Positions 55,479 to 64,000 of a stretch of 64,000 nt of DNA are shown in pieces. The stretch is from Raillietiella orientalis. Taxonomy: Eukaryota. Every line of letters begins with the position of its first letter. The stretch's first letter is position 1. The stretch is from positions 744,001-808,000 of the forward strand of contig JAYWIR010000051.1 in NCBI GenBank assembly GCA_036172245.1, read 5' to 3'. The position numbers and the translations under genes are program-made. The notes beneath the pieces are model-generated. The model was not told the DNA's origin. It made no database searches and saw nothing but the letters and a program-made list of their open reading frames with translations.

Positions 55479-58311
55479 TACATATATGTATTGTTCTATC
55501 TATTGCTTGTGTGCATGTAAAAAGTTGGAATTATTTAAATATCAGTGAAGCAACCCTGAGCCAGAAACAACAACAACAGGAATCTTCTCAACAATTCGCT
55601 CAATGCACATATAGCAATGACTGAATGCAGATACAAGCAGAACAACCCTAATTCCGACGCTCTAATCAAAATAAATGATTCAACTGGTTTAATTTTGTGC
55701 AAGCCAAAGCATCGTTCAGGGTGTTTGTAAAGTACGGCATATGCACATGAGTGTTAGTGACTGGGAAGTTTGTCTAACAAATGGTTTAGCAGTCTTGATG
55801 CTGGCTTTGAGGACGCACAAATTCGCAAGACAACAAGGAACGATTGTGAAGTCAGAGAGGATTTGGATTCATATTAGAGAATGAGCTCACAAAAATCATT
55901 CTGGCAGTCTCAGTTACGTGCTTAAGGTTAAATCTCAGCCAGACGTCTGGTTTTTCGCTTCGCACCACCATCCATTGGAAAATAGTGGATCTATCCTCAA
56001 GATATAGCACAATTACTTAGATACTCTGCTCAATCATCCCTCTTCAAGATACATCGAAAATTCTGCGTGACTTTCTGCCAGCCGTCCAGACAGCGGGTTC
56101 TCTGAGATTTAAAAAACAAACCTTCGGCTGTTCGTCCCAGTGTGAAAGCTACAAAGGGGTATTTCCTACAGACTACAGACTCTGTTGATCTTACCTCGAG
56201 AATATTACCAGGACAACCAACTCCCCACTCCAAGTCGTAGGACACCTAGAGATCCCTTTCCAGAATCCAGCAGTTCAAGGAGGGAAATCGGTTTTCGACT
56301 CTCGAGATTTCTCCCCCGTTTGCGACTTGTGCTGAGCGCCCTTCACTCTAGAGGTGTCGCCCAACCAGGATGGAACACCGAGGTGACTCATCAGCATACT
56401 CGCAATCTTCCTCGCGAGAAGATGGTTTCCCTCGGAACTTTTTCCCTCCCTCTTAAATGAGGAGAGTCGGCGATCTGGGGTCTTCCCTGTGGAGCCGCCG
56501 ACGTTACTGGACCAAGGGAGTCCGGACTGCCGCAGGTGCGGGGAACGGGAATCCTCCCTCCCGCACCTGCTTGTGGACTGTGTTGCCCTCCGGCCCCTGT
56601 GGTGGGAACATTTTGGGATGGCCCTATGAAACCCCGGTCTCGCAAGGGCTGCTCTGCCGCCAGCCGTAGCCTCAGCAGCTCTTCGCCGTCCCCGCGGCAC
56701 TGCGGCGGCCCGGAACGGACGCGGAAGCAGGAGCGAACGAAAGGGACGCCACCTCCGCTTCCTGCGGACGGCAGCGAGGTGGCTCCACCCGGGTGCTATC
56801 CAGGCGAACTCAGCCGGCATCTTGAAAAGGATGCAGAAGATTCCCTCCAGCAGACTGCGATCCCTTCCCGGCCCTCCAGGGTGTTTTTATTGATTCATTT
56901 TTCATTTTATTTTTCCTTAGTTTTCTCCCCTCCCCACCGCTGTCGAAGGGGCCCTCGCCGGCCTGCGGACTGGCAACCTGGCAGGTCCCTTGTAGAGTCG
57001 AACGTAGTGGGGCTGAGTGTTCCACCCACCACAGGTTGTCCGTTTCTTGTTTTTTCAATCAACGCCTCGGCGCGACCGAGTGGAGACCCTCCTTCCCCCC
57101 CAGGGGGTGGATCTCCTGCAGAGCTGCAGGAGGAAAGAAGACGTTGGACGGCGTGTCCGACCAGCTGACGCTTTTTCCCATTCCCGCTATCTGTCCCAAA
57201 GTATCTGCCCCCCGAGCCGATCCTTCCGAAATCCCCCTTGGCAGAAATCGCGGCGTTCCCGGACTGTCCTGCGGCGGATGAATCGCAGTGCCCTGGCAGG
57301 ACGCTCCCGGCTCACTCAGGTCAGCACCCCTCGGACGGAGTCCTCCCTATCCCGGAGAGGGTGAGGTGAGTGGGGTCGCCATCCTCGCTCACTCCAGGGC
57401 AACAGCCGCTGCGGCGTTGCTTCCTCTGGTCTCCATGCTGCGTATTGTATCTGACGAACGCTGGGGACAACCCTCCACGCGGAGGGCGCAGATGTCGTCT
57501 CTGGAGGCTCCCGCCGGCAGTGGCAGCCGGTCCAATCATCTTCTCTTCCCGTCCGCCTTTACTGCTCTAGGGGTGGGGGATGGGGATGGGGGAGAAACGG
57601 TCCAGTTTGCAAAAGAGGGAGGAGGATAGAGGAGGAGGAGGAGGCCGTAGGTATCTCCCACAGGTCTGCGCAGAAGACGCGGCGGCGACCGCAGCCGGCG
57701 ACTCTTGGTTCCTATCCTTCATTTTTGTTTGCTTGCTGCCCCATCCCCCTTGCCGCCCCGGTTTTTGACAGCATCCCGTCTTACGAGCCAACGTGCCTCT
57801 GTCTTTTCGAGAGCTCTCTATTCCGCGTAAGGAGGAGAGCTTCCTGCTCTGCCTGCCTATTTATTCATTCGATGAGCGGACGTCCCCTGGCGCGTCCGTG
57901 TGGAACTGCCTCTCTCCACCTCAGGCTCGACCCTCAGTCCTGCTCACCGACCGACCCAGCATCCGCGGGGCAGGTGGCTGCATGATGTCAGATTCAGAGC
58001 CCATGAGTGGAGTCTTCTCGGGGATGCTGACCGGCCGGACCTCCTCAAAACGGGGAGGCCTAGAGGGAAGGGGGGGAAGGAACTGTTTGTCACCCGGGTG
58101 CGCCGGGGTGCTTATTCTTAAACTATCCAGGAACAGAGTTCCCGGACAAAGAACACAGAAAAAACGAAGGGAGGGATCCCCGACACGCAGGTCGGTAAAC
58201 CGAAAGCCCGGAACGGGAGGGAGTGGACCGCTAGTACACATATAAAAAATACAAATAAAGATATGGGGAGGGGAGGGGACAGGGGTCTTTGGCTTGGGCC
58301 GTTCCTTTCCT

Positions 58312-61300
58312 TCAGAACCGGCTATGGGTGCCGGAGATCTCGCTCCTAACGTCCTCTAAAAGATGGGCCCACTCGGCAGCCGACACCATGTTCACGCCGG
58401 CTATTCCGGTGGCCTGACGACGAATCGCCAGCTTCTCCAGCTCTCGGTGGGCCTTGTCGATGGCGCGTGTGCAACAGACCGTTGCGTGGACAGCACCTAA
58501 GGATAGACCACCTGGCGTGAAGAAGCGGAGCATCAAATCTTTTGCGGTGTCCCCCTGGTGCTGGAGAGCTGAGGCCAGCCTCCGCCACAGTCCTTGGAGG
58601 ACACCGCATTCTAGGAGCAGGTGGGGGAGCGTCTCCACTTCCTCGCACCGTTTACAGTTCGGGGAGACAATTCCCCCGGAAACACGGTTCGTCCGCTGGT
58701 TGGAGTGAAAACCCCAATGCACCAGCATGAAGGGACTGTGGAACTGTGGTGACTCCGCGTCGCCCGCCCCACTACGCCCGGCTGTCCTGGGCGTCTCGTT
58801 CAGCTTCCGCGTTCTCGAGAGCTGACCAGTGGGCGTTCCATCTGACGCCGGTCGCCAGTGACTCACGGTGGTTGTTCTCGTTCGATCCGCATATCAGCGG
58901 AAAGGAGGAGGTGCCGCTCACTGACACGATGGACAGCGAGTCCGGCATGCAGACTCCCGAAGCTGCTACCTTAACTCGAAGATCCAAGGGCTGCAGCATG
59001 ACCCTGGAAGATAGGTGCTTGAGTTAATTCCTTCTTCCCATCCCTCCTCCTCCTCTTTTCCTCCTCCCCCACTTTCCTGAAGGCTGGAAGAAGGAGGAGG
59101 AAGGGGAGGATCGAGCACTACTGAGGTGTCTCCGACCAGAAGTTCGCGCGGTCCTCTCAGGGTAGGTGGCCGGTAGGCCCACCGCGAACCGCGACAAACT
59201 GCGTGGTGAAAGCGAAGGGGGACGCAGGACTCTACCCTGGGAACGACCTCTGCCTGGCCACGAAGCAGACGAGCACCCGCGATGGCTGCGGAGCTGCAAT
59301 CACCCGTGGGAGGGGCAGAAGTGGAGGTCGAAATGGACGCCGTTTGCCCCTCGCGAGGCAGAGGAGCTTCCCTCCTTGGGGCCACTCTCTGAAGCAGAGC
59401 CCGCAGAAGCAATGGCGTAGGCCGCATGTTTTCCAAAGTGTTGGAATCCCGGGGGAACGAGGGATCCACGAGGGGATGGAGGGTCCCTAAGAAGGCAGGC
59501 GGAGCACATTCGGAAAAAAAGGGCCTGCTCGCGAGTTTCCCGCGTTCCCAGGGAGGACCCTGCGAGAAGTGTGCAGCCTGGAAGGAGCGCCCGTGGTGTG
59601 CCCTCAGCTGGCGCACCTGCAGCTCCCTTGCAGCCGCGAAGCATCAGCGAGGGTCGGCAAAGCGAGTGACGGTGGACCCATGGGAGCTTCACGCCTACAG
59701 CCGGTTCACTCCCGGAATGCCTCGGCGTCCGATCTATGGTCTCCCACCCCAAACCAGAGGTCGGGTCATCAAATTCGAGGCCGATTTTCCCTTCCAGAAA
59801 CAGTCAACGTGTTTGAGGGGGCTCCAGGAAAAGGAAGGAGGACAGTCGCTGAAGTCTGTAAAAAAAAAAACTCTTCTCTCTCGCTGAAGGGGAGAGGGGG
59901 CGATTGCACTGCTGACCGAGCGCCCACGAGCAGATCTTGCGCGGGGAGGATGCGCGGCGGCGTGGGACGGATTGCCCCGGCGCGCACGCGGCCGATCCTC
60001 ACCGGGTACGGAGAAACCCCGCACTTTCCGAAGGTGGAGCGACCTACTCCTCTCCGCCTTCCTCCGTGGGAGATCGGAGGCAGGCCCGAAGGAGGCCAGG
60101 AGAAGAAAGGACCACCGAGAACTGGCTCTCCCCTCTTCCTCTCCTAAAGGGTGCCAGCACCGGCGCGGGCTCTCAGAGACCGCGGGATCAAGGAGGGTGG
60201 CGAAGTTCAGTGCGGGAAGTTTGGGGCCGCTCGCGCGCGTGAACACCAGGAGTTGGATGGATATGCGCTCCCTCGAAGCCACTGGTCCAGATGAAGCAGA
60301 CGGACTAAGTTCTCCACGGCAGCATCGTGAGCACTGCGACGAGGGACTGTCCCGCTGCACTCGGAAAAAGACGCAGGCGGCGCCGTTCTCCTAGACCAAA
60401 CGGACAGGATGCTGGGAACATGTTGGAGCAGGTCGCAGGACGTGGACGGCTGGATCCACCACAGGTGGAGGCCTGCGCTCCTTGGCTCCCCAGCGGATCC
60501 TGCGGATCATGCAAAACCTCATCTTCCTCGGGCTCTTCCCCCCTTCCTGGAAGCGAATCTTCGGTCTCCAATAAAGAAGCGGAAGTGAGGTAAGAGGGGA
60601 GGGAAGCTGCTCCAGGAATGCCAGTCGGACCTCCGCGGAAGAGAACAGGGAGAGCAGGAGAACGAGGACCTTTGCAGGCAGCAGCCCAAGCAGCGAGCTC
60701 CACTCAAACCTACTAGCCGCCGCGACAAGAGGGCGATGGAACCTCCTCCTTCCCCCGTTTCCTTGTCGACAAGAGCCCGGACGACGCTCCCAAGGTCCGC
60801 TCCCGGCCTGCACAGATGCGGCTCGGTCTTCTTCCGGTCAGGAGAGGGCGAAAAGCTACCACTCCCTGCTGCCCCAGTCGACACCTGCACCGCTCCCCCA
60901 ACGTGCTCCTCGCTCGACCCGGGCAGTTTGGAGACTGCCTCCGCCTCCGTTGCAGCTTCAGATGGAGTTGCTGGTCCTCCCTCCAGTTCGAGAGATGCGG
61001 AGGCGGGAGCCAGTCGGATCTGCCGGCGCGCCTCTTGAGCGAGGGCGCGGGAGTATTCGGCGCTTCTCGTGACCTCATGCAGCCAGGCTCGGAGGAACGC
61101 CCGGGGACCCTCCAAGTCCCGGACCGTCCTGCTTGCATGCCGACCTGGAAACCGGCGGAGCGACGCGGTTCCCTGGTGACGGGCGCGCAGGGCGGGACTC
61201 CCGTCAAGAGCCAAAGAGAAGGGCGTCGGCGGGAAGACGCGCTTCCTCCTGCTCTCCTCCGGGGGCATCGCGCTGTGGACCCGTGGACGCCAGAGCAAGC
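58312..61300 (-). mobile_element. Decayed non-LTR (L1/Tx1-like) retrotransposon ORF2
   Basis: Clear zf-RVT motif SPNCKRCEEVETLPHLLLEC..LW in ORF 58312-58866. Upstream, in order: GGPTGIP (cf. PGPDGIP), SRPRPATCSN (cf. wRPIsllN), ALNFATLLD (cf. LDF.KAFD) and RARRGNPS (cf. GVRQGCPLS). Many frameshifts. Confidence 0.75.
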
Positions 61301-62091
61301 TTCTGCCGCTGGCGCCTGAAAGAAATTCTCTCGGTCACACAAGAGGAAGAAACGGAGACGTCTTCCCGGAAAGGGAAGCCGGCGTTAATATGAGAAATAT
61401 ACGAATAAGCAATGAGCATTCAAGAAACCATTCCAGTACTTGACTATTATCAAGTGAAAATGACCGAAGATACTTTCAGTACCATACAATGTACTACTGT
61501 ACTATTTAGGCATCTTACGGATCCACCACTGTCACACTTTTGCCACCGTGCCTGGAAAGCTACCGATAACACTACTCTTTTCTGTGGTTGGGAACCACAC
61601 GAAATAAGATTAGCAACCCCTTCAAGGTGTGCTGCTTGGATGGCTGCGATATACTCCCTATCGTCCTGATTGAGTAACATCTGGAGTACATTAGAGAACA
61701 GGCAAACCTTTTCGTCTCCGGCAGACTTTATGTGGTTTAGATTTAACAGAGGGGAAGAATATTGCGTGCATAGAAACACGCGTGGAAGTTACTTAACGAA
61801 GTGACAGATCAAACATATATCCACATGCCCTTTGACATGTTCGAAAGAATTATTCAAAATAATCACAAGTTATATACCATATGAGTTTGAAATTCAAAGA
61901 AATGATGGCACTAGTGCCAATTTTGTCAAAAAGCCGTAGAAATTTCGATCTTGATCTGACAAAGAAGTCTTCCACAAAATTAGTCAGAAGTATTTCAGCA
62001 TATGAGTTCCAATATTTCAAGGCAGTAACTTGGCCAGCAACTTCCTTGAAAAAACTGCCTTCCTGTAAAATTCTGTTCTACAGCTTACAAC

Positions 62092-63764
62092 TCAAGCTGG
62101 ATCTGTCTCTCTGTCAAACAGCACTATGTCTTTCGTAATCCTTGATCTGCATATTTTTTGTTGTAGCTACTGCAAAGTGTAATAGATACTGGCCTACCCA
62201 ATATGCCACACATCCTGACTGGCTATCTTCAGGCCCACACTCTGCAGATTCTCTTTTGCTGATCCTCTAAGGAACTCATGTGCACTCCTACAGCACTGCC
62301 AATCAATGAGATTCATATCACCTTGGCATTCCAGCTGTCCTTTGCTCTCATCCAAAACACATCTAGGCATCTACAATGAATAAGATCAGCAACTTAGAGA
62401 GCATCTCACCATGCCAGACTCAGATGGATGTGTTCTCTGGATGACTGTTTGACACATTGCTTTCAGTGTCCTCCAAGCATAATTGATGAACTGGTTATCT
62501 GGACTAATCACAGTGTGTGACATGAAATCACTCCATCACTTACCTCAGCTCTATCTGAGAAGGCAATGGATCAAGTAACACAGAAAGCACGTACTGGTCC
62601 TGAAATGGCACAACAAATTGAAGTGATTCCTTGGTTTAAGCATACCAAGAACACAGATGCAAGTACATGGTTGCAGGAAACTGGAATCCAGACTACAAAT
62701 TCCAGCATAGGAATACACAGGTCCAAAATGCCTAAAAGATGCAAAGTGGCAGTCAGGTAAGCTAACATTTTGGAAGGCAAGTGAGCAGACAGATAATTTC
62801 CTTCATTACGAAGATACAAAGCACTGCCAATCACCAAATACCTAAGCTGTTCATGCAGGATCATACACAGTGCTCTACAATCATGTCATTGCTCACCTGT
62901 TCTCCTTTCTCTAGGTATCCTTGACCTACTTCAAAGGAACATAGGAGCTCATTGAAAATAAGCTACAGTAAAGACTGTATAAAGCACTTCTTATCCCATG
63001 AATTTACCTGTTGCTGAGCAGATACTGCCTTTTGAGTCACAGTGAGTAAGTTTAATGATGCATTGTTCACAAGATGATGGAACAAGTAAATGCACATCAG
63101 TTCTGTCCAGCATACACATTCTGGAGCTGTAAAGGCCCTACCACCGATCTGCTTTTCTTTGCCATTATTCTCACCTGTATAAACTGTTAAACGCCCACTG
63201 CAAACATGCAGCAAACTCTTGTACCAGACTGCTTACGGAACTCACTGACCACCTTCATAAAAGATATAATAAACTCTTCAACATTTTCAAAGCTTACTGG
63301 CCCAATGGAAAAACAACAAGCAGTAAATAAGACTCCTCAGAAATGAAACTGGCCACCATCTTTATATTCTTCAATGCTAGTACAACACTACTTCACTTTA
63401 ACATACAAGAAGATGGGATTTTATTACCTGATGGGCTCTTCAGAGCTGATGGCTTTCATGTTTCTATGCAGGGTAAGAAAAATACCTTCAGCTTGAATTA
63501 GGAAGTCAGGTACTGTTGCAGGATAAAGGAATATTGGATCCTTTTGCGTGTTTATTTCACTAAGAGTCCAGTCACCAACAAAAGAAAGCATAAAAGGCCA
63601 GTTCAATTCCTTGTCCACAGATGAGAAAACAGACTTTATTAGCAAGAAAGCTTGGTGGCCAGAATAAATTGATGTGGATGGTTGCTGGTTCAACAAAGAA
63701 TTTGGCCAGCCCAATAAATTTACGTACAGCAAACTCCCCAGTTCACTATACTCCATCCAGTTCC
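62092..63764 (-). CDS. intu: Inturned (CPLANE/PCP effector, tri-longin protein); probably 5'-partial, 3' end uncertain
   Basis: Longin 1: FLYP..LIQAEGIFLTLHRNM..SVVLALKNIKMVASFISEESYLLLVVFP..LQWAFNSLYRAF. Longin 2: RYLVIGSALY..YLSAHLP..EFVVW..FLVCLNQGITSICCAI. Longin 3 remnant: VWHIG. These resemble remembered INTU motifs (RGIFLTL, ILGSSLFY..SHLP, YWVVG). An acceptor precedes the first visible exon. Confidence 0.75.
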
Positions 63765-64000
63765 TAAATTGTATTAATATTAGTGTGAAGAACAGAAAGT
63801 TTTTTTTTTGACTAATTTAAAAATCATGAGTTAAAATCTTGCAAATCAAGCACTCAATTAGCTTTATTAATATGTATCATTGACTGTATTTAGGGACCTG
63901 TATTTAAAGACACAATTTACAACATGGTAGCTTAAAATACAATCCTGGTTTGTGAACGCAAATTCTTCTACACTTTGGCTTGCAGTTACAGTTTAACAAA

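Noticed and set aside
56100..58250. Additional LINE endonuclease relic on the + strand
   Set aside because: Only weak hints (RVGDLGSSLW, GTFW) are present, too little to list as a feature.
61450..61779. 109-aa ORF as a further inturned exon or a separate gene
   Set aside because: No recognisable motif, a non-ATG start, and less CpG depletion than the inturned exons.

Overview
Eukaryotic (arthropod-like) genomic window with compact, short-intron genes separated by heavily decayed non-LTR retrotransposon relics. Eight protein-coding genes are recognisable by manual splicing: pasiflora-1 (-), a Tec/Btk29A-type tyrosine kinase (-), CaMKI (+), PLOD lysyl hydroxylase (+), MLH1 (+), UBXN7 (+), FBXO7/nutcracker (-) and inturned (-, probably 5'-partial). 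No prokaryotic features or CRISPR arrays were seen. Main oddities: (1) an otherwise intact MLH1 lies 178 nt behind the PLOD stop and has a strong splice acceptor but no ATG of its own; Btk-pasi1 is a similarly tight same-strand pair, suggesting operon-like processing (possibly trans-splicing); (2) PLOD switches mid-gene from AT-rich/CpG-free to GC-rich/CpG-rich across a LINE-containing intron; (3) CaMKI carries two tandem copies of its calmodulin-binding exon; (4) introns are as short as 37-45 nt and often lack a polypyrimidine tract. All identifications come from remembered motifs; no database search was run. Boundaries of the transposon relics are approximate.
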